From Cyanophyceae cyanobacterium (lineage in GTDB: Bacteria; Cyanobacteriota; Cyanobacteriia; Cyanobacteriales; Laspinemataceae): DNA of 64,000 bases. The notes under the pieces are model-generated. The model was not told the origin of the DNA, ran no database searches, and saw only the letters and a list, made by a program, of their open reading frames with translations. The stretch spans positions 26,875 through 90,874 of the forward strand of contig JBBQFN010000021.1 of assembly GCA_038321985.1 (NCBI GenBank), given 5' to 3'. This document shows, one piece after another, positions 28,716 through 39,846 of the stretch (its first letter is position 1; each line of letters opens with the position of its first letter). The translations under genes were made by a program, and so were the position numbers.

Positions 28716-31700
28716 CCAGATTCTGCGTTTTCTAGCAACATTTTGAGAGCGGTTTTGACTTGTTCGTATTCGCTCATCAGTTGGGAGAAAATTTCGGTAA
28801 CCTCTGGGGGTGGCGGTGTTTTCGAGGTGTGATGCGATCGCCCAAGTGATTCAAGTTGCTGACTCAGTTCAGCTAAAGTTAGAGCGCCAACTGCGGCACT
28901 GGTTGATTTCAAAGAGTGCGCCGCCTCTTCGATTTCACCACTCTCATCTTGAGCGATCGCCACGGTGAGACAGTCCAGCAGCTTGGGAGACTCCACTAAA
29001 TAAATCTCGATTACCTCTTCCAGGGCCTCGATTTCACGTAAAGACTCTAACGTGCTGGGATTCAGAACAGGAGTAGACCGATTCACCCTCACAACTGGGT
29101 GGGCGATCGCACTGGGGGAAGAACGGATAAAACTCTTAGACTCCGGCAATTTAGAATTCACCGTAGAGAAGCCCGAGTCTGTAGCGGATACCCGGGCGAT
29201 CGCCCGGGGAGAACGGTCTGAGTCCGGTTGACACAGATTCAAGGCTTCCACTAATTCCGGCATTCGGATCGGCTTACTGATATAGTCATCCATCCCCGCC
29301 TCTAGGCAGAGTTCGCGATCGCCCTGCATCGCATTAGCCGTCATCGCAATAATGCGCGGCTTGTACCCCAATACGCCGGAGAGAGCCTCTTGACAAATTT
29401 GGCGAGTCGCAGCCAACCCGTCCATTTCGGGCATATGAACGTCCATGAGGACAACATCGTAATGTTGGCGGTCCAACGCTTGCAAGACTTCAATGCCATT
29501 TCCTGCCACATCAGCACGATACCCCAAGCGATGCAAAATTTGCAACGCCACCTTTTGATTGACTAAATGATCCTCCGCCAACAGAATGCGTAAAGGCTGG
29601 CGTTGAGCCATCTGGGGGTCAATGGGGACGGCGTTCAAATGAATCCGAGAAAGAATCGGTACCCCCCCAAAGATTCCCGCCAAAACATTGTACAGATAAG
29701 ACTGTTTAATCGGCTTATTCAGAAATGCTGCAAACGGCACCTTATACGGCAGATCCACTTCCTGTCTGCCAATCGAAGTTAACATCACCAAGGGGAACTC
29801 CCGATTTTTGAGTAACCCTCGGATATAGGAGGCTAAGGTAATCCCATCCATTTGCGGCATCTGCATATCCAGAATGCCAATATCAAAAGTTTCCGAATTT
29901 TGCAACCACTCCAGGGCTTCCCGGGCCGAAGCGGCTGCCTTGGGCTTCATCCCCCAAAACAAAGCTTGACGGGTTAAAATTTGGCGGTTGGTGGCGTTAT
30001 CATCCACAATCAGCACCCGCTTACCGGCTAAGGAGGGTTGAGTGCCGTTCAGGTCAACAGGTAAGGTATTTACAGCCGGTGTTGCCATCAGCGTAAAGTA
30101 GAACGTAGAGCCCGTGGGGGTGGTATCGGGAAAAGGCGATTTTGAATCCGTTAAGGTAAAGATACTTTGCTCAGGGTCCGGGACCGGCGAGAAATTGACA
30201 ACAGCAGAAGAGGCGATCGGCCATTGAAACCCAGGGTCCGGGTCGCCCCCGAGTCCTTCTCCGCTGACGACCCACATTCGGCCCCCCATCAATTCGCTTA
30301 GACGCTTGCTGATTGCTAGACCCAAACCCGTGCCGCCATACTCGCGGGTGGTTGAGGAATCCACCTGAGAAAAGGACTTGAACAACCGATTCATCCGTTC
30401 TGGGGGAATGCCGATGCCGGTGTCGGAAACTGTAAATTGGATTTGATACAGGGAAAGAGCCGCGCTTAGACCCTCGGGGAGGTGACCGTTCGTATTCTCG
30501 TCAGATTTGAGGGTTAAGACATCATTCTCGATGCCTACGGCTTTCGGCGGGGGAATTGCAGCGGCACTCACCGATACCACGACTTCCCCTTTTTCGGTGA
30601 ATTTCACGGCATTACTCAGCAAATTCACTAAAATTTGTCGGACTCGGGTCACATCTCCAATAATCATTTCTGGAGTAGAAGGTTCAATCAGATAGGCCAA
30701 CTCTACCCCTTTTTCGGAGGCTCTGGAGGCGAGTAAATCTAGGGAATCTTCAATACAAGCGCGCAGGTTAAACGGTTGCTGTTCCAAATCGAGTTTCCCC
30801 GACTCAATTTTCGAGAAGTCGAGGATATCGTTAATAATGGTCAGCAGGGCATCCCCACTGGCGCGGACGGTTTCTACAAAATCCCGTTGTTCGGCGTTGA
30901 GGGAGGTATCCAGCAGCAATCCCGTCATCCCAATCACCGCATTCATGGGGGTACGGATTTCGTGGCTCATGGTGGCTAGAAACTCACTTTTAGCCCGAGT
31001 AGCCGCCAGGGCCTCGTCTCTGGCTCGGGCTAAATCAGCGGCGGCCGCACGGCGCTCAATTTCACTGCCGATCCACTGTGCCATCAGTTTGAGGAGTTCT
31101 TTATCCACCGCTTTAAACGGGCGGGAAAGGGGCTGGCTACTGGAAAAGTTGAGGGTGCCATAGATTTTGCCTCCCACAATTACCCGAGTTCCGATATAGG
31201 CGTCTTGGGGAAGGGGGGTTTGGGTGGGTTTGTTGTGCCAGCGCGTCACACTTACGGATTCAAAATAAAGGGGTTCTTTCAGGCGCAGGGTTTCGCGACA
31301 GTAGGTTTGACTTAAGGGGAAGCGATCGCCGGGTTCGAGGGTATTATCCGGAGATTGAACGGCTACGATTTCATAGCGATCGCCTTTAATCCGGGATAAA
31401 ATAGCGATTTCCAACCCAAACCGCCGTCTTCCCATCACGAGCAATCGTTGCAACCGTTGCTCGAAGCTGAGTTTGCGAGAGGATGTAATTTTATAAAGCG
31501 CCCGAATAGAGGCTTCACTTTCGCGCAGTTCCTCATCGGTTTGATGGCGTTCGGTGATATCCCGGGAAATGGCGACTAATTCTTCTATCTCGTCGGTGTG
31601 GGGATTGCGAACCGTGCGGCTGGTACTTTCAAACCACAGGTAATGCCCATATTTATGGCGGATCCGGTAGCTGACGGTATAACTAACTTGACCCTTGACC

Positions 31701-33013
31701 ATTGCCAGATAGGATCTGGCGATCGCCTTGGCATCCTCGGGATGGAAAAATTCATAGAGGTTACATCCGATCAGTTCTTCGGGTTCATATCCCAATAAAG
31801 AATGACAAGCGGGGGAGACGTAAATAAACTTCCCTTTTGGGGTATGCCGCGAAATCATATCGGTGGAGTTTTCCGCCATCAATCGATAGCGTTCTTCGCT
31901 TTCTTTGAGCTTATATTGCGACTCTTGCAGGGCTTTGAGCATCCCGTTGATGGTCACCCCTAAACTGGAAAGTTCATCGTGACCCGCAATTTTGACCCGC
32001 ATGGATAGGTCGCCTTTGTTCCCGATGCGTGCGACTTTTTTGCTAAGAACGGTTAGGCGTGAGAGGACTAATTTTTCAAATAGCAACAGGGTCAGCCCAC
32101 TAAATCCTAAACTTACTCCTAACAAAGAGCCAATAAAATAGCGGACGCTGGTTTTACCTTTGGCGTATATTTCTCGACTATGCTTGACTTGCAGCAGCAG
32201 ACGGTTATTACTAGCGAGGGTCGGAATCGCGGTATAGCCCACTATCTCCGTCTCGTTCAGGGCCTCAACCACGATGGGCAACTGCTCGGCTTGCTCCCAA
32301 TCTAGGGTCTGTAAGGGAGAAAGACGCTCTAACTTGAGTTTCACCGCTTCCAAATCCGGTGGCAGAGCGCTCATCGGGTAAATGCTCAGGGATAATTGGG
32401 TCAAATCGGCAAGGCGAGCGATTTCCTGCGGATTCAGGAAGCGTCCGACGACGAAGGTACCCCGGTAGGGACCCGAACCCTGACTGGTCAAAATAGATTG
32501 GGCGGCAATCACTGCCGGACCCTGGGGAAGGAGGACGATGCCACTGAGGGGGTGATTGTAGTGTCTGGTTTGCGCGAATTTTTTCTCGACTTGTTGTTGA
32601 TAAGCCGATGCTAAATCGGGAATCAAACTGGGCATCGGGATTTCGACCTGCTGCTGAAAATCAAAGGCTTTACTAAAAACGGGTTTCCTTTGTTCGTCCA
32701 GGATGAGCAATAGATTCAGCTTTAATTGGATGAAGGTTTCATTGCCAAAATTGGAGTTAACATAGTTGGGGTCTCCCGGTTCGATAAAGCTATAGGTATC
32801 GTCCCATTCTGCATGATATTGAGCGAGGGATTGAAGTTCGTTAATGGTTTCCTGGAGAGACTGCAAGCCTCGGATTGCATCTTGATGAACAACTTTCTGT
32901 TCTAATTCCTGAAAGTCTCCCAGTAGAATACTCGATGCGGTTCCATACAGCACGACATTCAGGCCTAACAGGGTCGTGCCGACTATTATTAATATTTTCT
33001 TTCGCAATTTCAT
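28712..33013 (-). CDS. membrane hybrid histidine kinase CHASE4-HAMP-PAS-GAF-HisKA-HATPase-REC-REC-Hpt
   Basis: TM helices flanking a WDDTY-containing CHASE4, HDELSSL HAMP, MSHEIRTPM, two RECs, AHSLKS Hpt. Confidence 0.94.
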   Translation of the reverse strand: MKLRKKILIIVGTTLLGLNVVLYGTASSILLGDFQELEQKVVHQDAIRGLQSLQETINELQSLAQYHAEWDDTYSFIEPGDPNYVNSNFGNETFIQLKLNLLLILDEQRKPVFSKAFDFQQQVEIPMPSLIPDLASAYQQQVEKKFAQTRHYNHPLSGIVLLPQGPAVIAAQSILTSQGSGPYRGTFVVGRFLNPQEIARLADLTQLSLSIYPMSALPPDLEAVKLKLERLSPLQTLDWEQAEQLPIVVEALNETEIVGYTAIPTLASNNRLLLQVKHSREIYAKGKTSVRYFIGSLLGVSLGFSGLTLLLFEKLVLSRLTVLSKKVARIGNKGDLSMRVKIAGHDELSSLGVTINGMLKALQESQYKLKESEERYRLMAENSTDMISRHTPKGKFIYVSPACHSLLGYEPEELIGCNLYEFFHPEDAKAIARSYLAMVKGQVSYTVSYRIRHKYGHYLWFESTSRTVRNPHTDEIEELVAISRDITERHQTDEELRESEASIRALYKITSSRKLSFEQRLQRLLVMGRRRFGLEIAILSRIKGDRYEIVAVQSPDNTLEPGDRFPLSQTYCRETLRLKEPLYFESVSVTRWHNKPTQTPLPQDAYIGTRVIVGGKIYGTLNFSSSQPLSRPFKAVDKELLKLMAQWIGSEIERRAAAADLARARDEALAATRAKSEFLATMSHEIRTPMNAVIGMTGLLLDTSLNAEQRDFVETVRASGDALLTIINDILDFSKIESGKLDLEQQPFNLRACIEDSLDLLASRASEKGVELAYLIEPSTPEMIIGDVTRVRQILVNLLSNAVKFTEKGEVVVSVSAAAIPPPKAVGIENDVLTLKSDENTNGHLPEGLSAALSLYQIQFTVSDTGIGIPPERMNRLFKSFSQVDSSTTREYGGTGLGLAISKRLSELMGGRMWVVSGEGLGGDPDPGFQWPIASSAVVNFSPVPDPEQSIFTLTDSKSPFPDTTPTGSTFYFTLMATPAVNTLPVDLNGTQPSLAGKRVLIVDDNATNRQILTRQALFWGMKPKAAASAREALEWLQNSETFDIGILDMQMPQMDGITLASYIRGLLKNREFPLVMLTSIGRQEVDLPYKVPFAAFLNKPIKQSYLYNVLAGIFGGVPILSRIHLNAVPIDPQMAQRQPLRILLAEDHLVNQKVALQILHRLGYRADVAGNGIEVLQALDRQHYDVVLMDVHMPEMDGLAATRQICQEALSGVLGYKPRIIAMTANAMQGDRELCLEAGMDDYISKPIRMPELVEALNLCQPDSDRSPRAIARVSATDSGFSTVNSKLPESKSFIRSSPSAIAHPVVRVNRSTPVLNPSTLESLREIEALEEVIEIYLVESPKLLDCLTVAIAQDESGEIEEAAHSLKSTSAAVGALTLAELSQQLESLGRSHHTSKTPPPPEVTEIFSQLMSEYEQVKTALKMLLENAESG

Positions 33014-33487
33014 AGAATGCTGGCACCCTCATCTTCGTTACTCACCCAGTCCACCAAAACGGCAGTTCCGGCGAAGACTTCGTTTCTGTTGGCACGACCT
33101 AATTGCACTGAATAAGCGTGGCGCGATCGCTCCATAATTCTATAGATACTGTGATCCGTTCGCTGTATGGCCTACTGTATCGCCTAGTTTGGAAATGGCT
33201 ACATAGCCTACTCCCTATACCCGGATGGGAACACTGAAATAGGGCCTCATCCTGGTGATTGATCGGCGATCGCGTATCTTGCCCCGTATCTTGCCCGGGT
33301 GTTACCCGGGGGTGAGGCTCCACTGCTCCGGGGTGCCTTTGAAGGCTAGACTATACCGTTCCCTGGGTGAGGGAGCCTCAGACCTATAATGCCCAATCCA
33401 ACCGACGAACCTGCATCGTTTGATTATGGCTTATCAGTTTATTCAAGTAAAGGATCACCACGGTATCCTGTCGGGTTTTCGTCGGAT

Positions 33488-34999
33488 TCAAACGGGGTCA
33501 CGTTTTACCAATTGTGCTGTTTGCTCAGGTTCTACCAGGGTGTTGGCGCAGAGGATTCCCGAGGCAGCCACGGCGGGAACGCCAATGCCGGGGAGGGTGC
33601 TATCCCCCACCCGGTATAATCCGCTAATGGGGGTGTGGATACTGGGAAATGTCCCTTTTCCAGCGGCGATCGCCGGACCATAGGTACCTTGATCCCGGCG
33701 CAGGAATTTGGCATGGGTCAGAGGAGTGCCGATCAGTTCCAAAACAATACGGCTGCGGACATCGGGAATAATTCGCTCTAAGGCTCGAAACAGGGGTTGT
33801 GCTCGCGATCGCTTGCGGGCTTTATAGGTGGGATCGGACTGCCAAGGGTGATAGGGTTCCATGGTATAAGCATGAATCCCATGATATCCTGGGGGGGCAA
33901 GATTTGGGTCCCAGACGGAGGGAATGGAAATCATACAGGTATTCCCGGGTTCCGTGAGGTCGCGATCGCTGTCGTGAACCACCACATGATGTCCGGTGAG
34001 TCCCGCCAATCCATCGGCTTTGATGCCCAGGTGCAGGTGCATAAAGCTATTCAGGGCAGGGGTTTCTAAGGCTTGACGGCGATAAGATTCCGGCAGTTCT
34101 TCCGGTGCAACTAGATGGGTGTAGGTATCCCAAATCGTAGCATTGGAAATGACAATGGGTGCTCGGATGATTGTACCCTTTCGCAAGCGCACCCCGGTTA
34201 CGCGGCCTGCTTCGATTAAAATGCGCTCTACATGGGCATTCAGGCGCAGTTCCCCTCCCCATCGGGTTAATCCTCTTACCAGGGCTTCGATCAGGGCGGT
34301 ACTACCGCCGAGGGGATAGTCGATGGCGCTGCGATTGCGTTCCCCGAACATAAAGGCGACTTCTGGGGCGATCGTGCCGTGAGCTTTGAATCCAGAGAGT
34401 AAGAAGCATTCTAGGTCAACTAAACGGCGTACGAAGGGGTCTTGCACGTCGCGATCTAGGAGTTGACCGACGGACCCTTGAATGTCCCGGAGATGGGGCA
34501 GTAATTTTATTAAGGCGGGCCAGTATGACAACAGGACGGGGAATATCTGGCGATCGGCTCGTAATCTCAAGGAGGGAATGCCTTTGAGGGCGTCATACAA
34601 CGACAGCATCCGCCGTTCAAACCGTTGGAGTTGTTTGGCTCCGGTAGGGGTAATGGCGGCAATTTCGGCCCGATAGCGATCAAAATTACCATAAATGGGT
34701 AGGGTACAGTCTCCTAAGTGATAATGTCCCAAGGGGTCGTAAGCGATCGTTTGCACCGATTCTCCGAGGAGATCAAGGACTTGGCGCAGGGGGTTAAGGC
34801 TGTAGGAATCCCCGAGTCCGCAGTAAAACGAGGGTCCGGAGTCGAAGTGAAATCCTTGGCGATCAAACCCATGTGCTGCACCTCCGGCGATTGTATGACT
34901 CTCACATACTAGCACCCGCTTGCCATACCGAGCCAGTAAGGCTGCTGTAACTAATCCCCCAATTCCACTACCAATGGCGATCGCGTCATACTCTGTCAT
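33488..34999 (-). CDS. FAD-dependent phytoene desaturase / carotenoid isomerase-like oxidoreductase
   Basis: GSGIGG, FDSGPS, GTPLTH, GDSTLPGIGVPAVAASG. Confidence 0.88.
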   Translation of the reverse strand: MTEYDAIAIGSGIGGLVTAALLARYGKRVLVCESHTIAGGAAHGFDRQGFHFDSGPSFYCGLGDSYSLNPLRQVLDLLGESVQTIAYDPLGHYHLGDCTLPIYGNFDRYRAEIAAITPTGAKQLQRFERRMLSLYDALKGIPSLRLRADRQIFPVLLSYWPALIKLLPHLRDIQGSVGQLLDRDVQDPFVRRLVDLECFLLSGFKAHGTIAPEVAFMFGERNRSAIDYPLGGSTALIEALVRGLTRWGGELRLNAHVERILIEAGRVTGVRLRKGTIIRAPIVISNATIWDTYTHLVAPEELPESYRRQALETPALNSFMHLHLGIKADGLAGLTGHHVVVHDSDRDLTEPGNTCMISIPSVWDPNLAPPGYHGIHAYTMEPYHPWQSDPTYKARKRSRAQPLFRALERIIPDVRSRIVLELIGTPLTHAKFLRRDQGTYGPAIAAGKGTFPSIHTPISGLYRVGDSTLPGIGVPAVAASGILCANTLVEPEQTAQLVKRDPV

Positions 35000-35054
35000 A
35001 TCTGCCTGTTCTCCCTGGACTATTCACTCACGCTTCTACAACGGGGCGATCGGT

Positions 35055-36050
35055 TTAATTTTGCACATCCCCATTCGGCATCGTCGTCTGGCTAAAGATC
35101 GCCCCCGCTGTATTCGCTCCGCTCATTTCCGCTCGAATTAAGCTCGCTTTCGTCAAATTCGACCTCATTAAATTAGTTCTCGCTAAATATGCCTCACATA
35201 GATTCGCTTCGTTCAAGAGCGCATGAGACAGATTCGCCCGACTTAAATCCACCCGGGATAAATTAGCCCGAGTTAAATTGGCCCCGGATAGGTTGGCTTT
35301 CCCCAGCTTGGCATCCGTAACGACTGCCACATCCAGTTTAGCACCCTCCAAGTTCGCCTCGCCCAACTGCGCCCGTTCCAACTTGACATTCGTCATACAA
35401 GCCCCGCGCAAATCCACAAAAGAGAGATTTGCATCGCTGAAAAAGGCAGCGGTAGCGATCGCTTCCGCCATTTTGGCCCGTTCCAAATTTGCCCCCCGAA
35501 AGTTCGTTTCTGTGAGATTCGCCCCACTTAAATCCGCCTTAGTCAAATCCGCACCGCTGAGGTTGACTCCCCGCAAGTCCGCTCCCCGCAAGTCTGCTCC
35601 CCGCAGGTTTGCAGGACTGTATATCCGCCGTTCCTCACGAAAATTTGCCCCACGCAAACAGGCTCCCCGTAAGCATACCCCGCTCAATGTCGTTCCGCGC
35701 AAATCCGCATCACTCAGGTTCGCATCCATCAGGTTCGCTAAATTGAGGTTGGCTTTACGAAGATCTGCACCTTGAAGGGTTGCTCCATGCAAGTCTGCAT
35801 CGCTGAGATTGGCACCGGAGAGGTTAGCTTGATTAAGATTAGCACCGCTGAGTTTGGTACTTACTAAGTACGCCGCACTCAGGTTAACTCGACTCAAGTA
35901 GGCAAAAATCAAATCCGCGCCGTGGAGGTCCGCTCCTCGTAATTTCGCCCCAATCAAATCTGCTCCTCGAAGGTTTGCACCCCAGAGACTGGCTCCGTTA
36001 AAATTAGTTTCTCCGGCTGTATATCGCTGTAATAATTCTTCGACATTCAT
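35055..36050 (-). CDS. pentapeptide repeat protein
   Basis: A(D/N)LXX repeats throughout; TMPNG C-terminus. Confidence 0.95.
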   Translation of the reverse strand: MNVEELLQRYTAGETNFNGASLWGANLRGADLIGAKLRGADLHGADLIFAYLSRVNLSAAYLVSTKLSGANLNQANLSGANLSDADLHGATLQGADLRKANLNLANLMDANLSDADLRGTTLSGVCLRGACLRGANFREERRIYSPANLRGADLRGADLRGVNLSGADLTKADLSGANLTETNFRGANLERAKMAEAIATAAFFSDANLSFVDLRGACMTNVKLERAQLGEANLEGAKLDVAVVTDAKLGKANLSGANLTRANLSRVDLSRANLSHALLNEANLCEAYLARTNLMRSNLTKASLIRAEMSGANTAGAIFSQTTMPNGDVQN

Positions 36051-36130
36051 TAATATTTTCCTCTTTCCCCGGTTTTTCCCCTGACATCAATCCCTCGGCT
36101 TAGATTCGCCCTTGTTTATCCCGATGGGTT

Positions 36131-37393
36131 TCAAGGCGTCGAGTTGTCTTCTCGCTCAATTGTCTGGTTTCTTTCTGCTTCTTCTAAGTTTATCAGAAGT
36201 TCTAGGAATTGAGACGTTGTCTGTTTAACTTGGGTGATAAAATCTCCCATCGTTTCATATTTAACTGAGATTCCATCTTCAATGTCTAGGGTCTCTAATT
36301 CTTGGCTAATTTCTTGTTCAAGAGCATTTAAGCGTCTTTCAATAAACTGAACAATTTCTTCAACGCTCTGGGTTACTTTTAGGTTGAGCTTTTTCTCTAG
36401 TTCTTGTTTTTGTTGAACGGGATCGATTTTTTTGAGAATGCTTAAAGAAAATTTGCGATCGCTGCCGTTCATACTCCCGGAGTTTTGGGGATAGGGCGTT
36501 AAAAAATCGTTCAACATCTCCCTATTTTTCTCACTTTCCTCACCAATCTCACTGTAATCGTTATCATCATCGGCGCTATCTTCTGCTAATGTATCTATCC
36601 GGGCCGGAGCTTTCCAGCGCTCGCTCCCCGGAGAGAGCGAGTCCACCAAAGATAAACCATTTTTGAGGGGGGAATATAACTGGGTCATGTATTGCACAAT
36701 TACTCCAGCCGATTGAAAATTTTCATCAGCTTCCGGAAGATTTTTAGCCGTTTCATATAAGTGGGATTCTAAGGCATCCACGCTAGGACACAGTTCATAA
36801 ATTTGCTGAAATAGTTCATCAAGCTGGATTTTTTTTAAATTCAGCCAGTCTTCCTCTCTATTAAATTCAAACAGGCGATCAAGGGCAGAAAAAATGAGAA
36901 TTTTAGCGCGTAATGGACTTGTATGTTGAACAACCTTGAGCCGTAAATCAAATAATTTTTCTGACGAGATGGGACCCGCTGATTGAGGAGTATTCGGGGG
37001 TTCAAAGTCAGTTTCATTCGTGAAACCGGAAACAATGACTAGGGTATTAGCTAGATCCGGAGGGAGTGGAAATCCGGATAGCCCGGGACTGGTTGAGCCA
37101 TCTTCATAAAATTTGCTGAAACTGTTAATTAAAGTTTTAGCAATTGCCGCATATTGTTGAGGTTTATTAATATTACTAACAATTCCATCTAGGGAGAGTT
37201 TCAGATTATCTAAGGTTCCAGTTAGTTCGCAAACCTCAATAATTAAGTCGCGTAAATTCCAAGCGGCAATCGCATCGGAATTATTTTCCCATCTTCCCTG
37301 ACATAGACAAAGCATCAACTTTTTAATTCGATTTAAATTGGGTTCCTGTTCTAACTTGCGAACAGTCTCATCAAGCAAGTGTAAATTTTTCAT
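36131..37393 (-). CDS. hypothetical protein with two similar helical domains and a C-terminal coiled coil
   Basis: 420-aa ORF with GGAGG RBS; internal similarity RIKKLML.../RAKILIF... Confidence 0.75.
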   Translation of the reverse strand: MKNLHLLDETVRKLEQEPNLNRIKKLMLCLCQGRWENNSDAIAAWNLRDLIIEVCELTGTLDNLKLSLDGIVSNINKPQQYAAIAKTLINSFSKFYEDGSTSPGLSGFPLPPDLANTLVIVSGFTNETDFEPPNTPQSAGPISSEKLFDLRLKVVQHTSPLRAKILIFSALDRLFEFNREEDWLNLKKIQLDELFQQIYELCPSVDALESHLYETAKNLPEADENFQSAGVIVQYMTQLYSPLKNGLSLVDSLSPGSERWKAPARIDTLAEDSADDDNDYSEIGEESEKNREMLNDFLTPYPQNSGSMNGSDRKFSLSILKKIDPVQQKQELEKKLNLKVTQSVEEIVQFIERRLNALEQEISQELETLDIEDGISVKYETMGDFITQVKQTTSQFLELLINLEEAERNQTIEREDNSTP

Positions 37394-38080
37394 GTTGGCC
37401 TCCAGATGTGTATTACCAATTAAGAACTCAGGTTAATCAGGAAAAAGAAGCAAGGGACGAATGGTTGCTGTTACTTATTAAACCATGAAGTGTAGAGGGA
37501 CTAAAGATTTCTTCAATTTTATCAAGGGAACTGTCTGATTAACGAGCGATCGCTTCTTCTCAAGGAAGGAGAAGGCGTCTAGGGTCAGGTTGAGGGTAAA
37601 GAGGGAAAACCAGGTTTCTGTGGAAAAAATAGCGGTGAAAGCCGCCAAGATTAGGAGAGAAGCAAGTTTGGGAACTGGAATACTTTTGACGGTCCCGATG
37701 GGTTAAGTGAATGAGGGGTTGCACCCCTATGGATCCTACTAAAAGCCAGGGTTGTCTGTAGCGATCTCGCTTAGAATGCGATCGCCATGGCACAATAGGA
37801 GTTAGGGTATTTCACCGACCCGATGGATTACCCCTGCCACGAGTAAGGGAGTGAAACGAGGATAAAAAAATAGGTATCCTTCTTTTCTACACCCCCCTTA
37901 GTTAATTCTATAAACCTAACCCTCCTGTTAAAAAATCTCGGTTTTCCATCTTTTTGGTAAAATTTTGAAAAAATTTGAGCCAATTAGTCCGGGTCCGATT
38001 ACTTCAATCCAATTATTTTGTATTTCGGTATTGACAGAAATGATCCACCTAAAACGCCACCCTAAAAGGACTTTTAAATT

Positions 38081-38689
38081 ATGATTGACCTCTATACGTT
38101 TGCTACTCCCAATGGCCGCAAAGTTTCTATTTTGTTAGAGGAATTGGGCCTTTCTTACAATGTTCACAAGATTGATATTACAAAAAAAGAGCAGTTTTCA
38201 GCGGAGTTTATAGCAATTAATCCTAACAGTAAAATTCCGGTAATCGTTGATTCCGACAGCGATATTACGATATTTGAGTCCGGCGCTATTCTGGTGTATT
38301 TTGCTGAAAAAACAGGAAAATTGCTGCCAACGGAGACTAAATCACGCTATCAAGTGATAGAGTGGTTAATGTTTCAAATGGCAAGCGTGGGTCCAATGTT
38401 TGGGCAGTTTAATCATTTTAATCGGTATGCACCGGAAAAAATTCCTTACGCGATCGCCCGTTATGAGCAAGAAACTTTACGATTGTATGGAGTATTAGAC
38501 GGACAATTGAGCGATCGCCCCTATATTGCTGGAGAGGACTACTCGATCGCAGATATTGCGATTTATCCTTGGGTTGCGAGTTACGCGTTTATGGGGTTAA
38601 CTTTAGAAAAATATCCTCATTTGAAGCGCTGGGTAGAAATGCTAGAGAAACGTCCAGCAGTACAACTGGGGATGGCTGTCCCGACTTAA
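38081..38689 (+). CDS. glutathione S-transferase (YfcG/Nu-like)
   Basis: [26 protein letters not shown]. Confidence 0.93.
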   Translation: MIDLYTFATPNGRKVSILLEELGLSYNVHKIDITKKEQFSAEFIAINPNSKIPVIVDSDSDITIFESGAILVYFAEKTGKLLPTETKSRYQVIEWLMFQMASVGPMFGQFNHFNRYAPEKIPYAIARYEQETLRLYGVLDGQLSDRPYIAGEDYSIADIAIYPWVASYAFMGLTLEKYPHLKRWVEMLEKRPAVQLGMAVPT

Positions 38690-38892
38690 ATTAATCTTTT
38701 TAAAGAGAAAATTATGCCACCGGGAAGGGGGATAATTTTATTCAAGAGGGGATGGGAGTAAGAAACATAGGGATAACGACGGTAGAGATAAGAAAGGGGG
38801 GTTCTCTAGGGATACCCAGATAACGCCCTTGACGGTTGATGTGATAAAGTTTGTTATCCTGGAATTATCTGCCTACTAGGATAATTACAGAT

Positions 38893-39726
38893 ATGCAAGG
38901 GTTTTTGACCGGAACGTTAAAAATTGAACGGTTAAATGTGGCGATCGCAGATTTGCCCACCCATCTTAGAGGGATAAAGTTAGTCCAGTTATCCGATTTT
39001 CATTATGAAAATCAGGGATTGTCGGATAAACTCTTGGCAGCAGCGATCGCTGCTGCCAATGATGCTGATCCTGATTTAGTTTTTCTGACAGGGGATTATG
39101 TCACCCATGACCCGACTTCCATTGATGCCTTGGTATTACAACTTAAACAGTTACAAAGCCGCTGGGGTATCTATGGTATTTTAGGTAACCATGATATCCA
39201 CTTGCCCCAGTCTAAACCCGAAATTATTGCAGCATTCCAGGGAATTAATATTCCCATACTTTGGAACGAAGTCGTCTATCCTTTGGGTTCCGGTTTAGCC
39301 GTGGTGGGGATGGCAGAGGTGCAGTCTGGGCAGTTTAATACTCAGGCTATTTTTCCTGGTATTGATGCGTCAATTCCGCGCATTGTTCTTTCCCACAATC
39401 CCGATACGGCGGCTTATTTACAAAAACTTAGAGTTGATTTGCAGCTATCGGGTCACACTCATGGAGGACAAATTGTTTTACCGATAATTGGGCCGATTCC
39501 CTTTTATCTGAAACGCATTCGTAAGCGGATTCCTGAACCATTGCGGCAGTGGATTCCCTATATGTCAAAAGAGCGTTATAAAATTGTGGATCACTGGGAG
39601 TGGTCTCAAGGGTTGCATCAGGTTGGAAATAACCAGCTTTATGTTAGTCGGGGATTGGGTAGTTATTTTCCGGGACGGCTATTTTGCCCTCCAGAAGTTA
39701 CGATTATTACCTTACAAGGAAAATGA
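38893..39726 (+). CDS. metallophosphoesterase (YkuE-like)
   Basis: SDFH, TGD, GNHD, SHNPD, SGHTHGGQ. Confidence 0.92.
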   Translation: MQGFLTGTLKIERLNVAIADLPTHLRGIKLVQLSDFHYENQGLSDKLLAAAIAAANDADPDLVFLTGDYVTHDPTSIDALVLQLKQLQSRWGIYGILGNHDIHLPQSKPEIIAAFQGINIPILWNEVVYPLGSGLAVVGMAEVQSGQFNTQAIFPGIDASIPRIVLSHNPDTAAYLQKLRVDLQLSGHTHGGQIVLPIIGPIPFYLKRIRKRIPEPLRQWIPYMSKERYKIVDHWEWSQGLHQVGNNQLYVSRGLGSYFPGRLFCPPEVTIITLQGK

Positions 39727-39846
39727 AGGATGAGGGAAATAAGATATAAATAAATTAGTAAAACTTAGCTTATAAAAGCCGGAAGAATCAGTCAGGGGAT
39801 GTCTACAGGATTCTACCTAAAAGCTAAAAAAATCAAAGGAACTGAT

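Noticed and set aside
35278..35775. 165-aa plus-strand ORF with SAP/FAP repeats
   Set aside because: Antisense shadow of the pentapeptide repeat gene.
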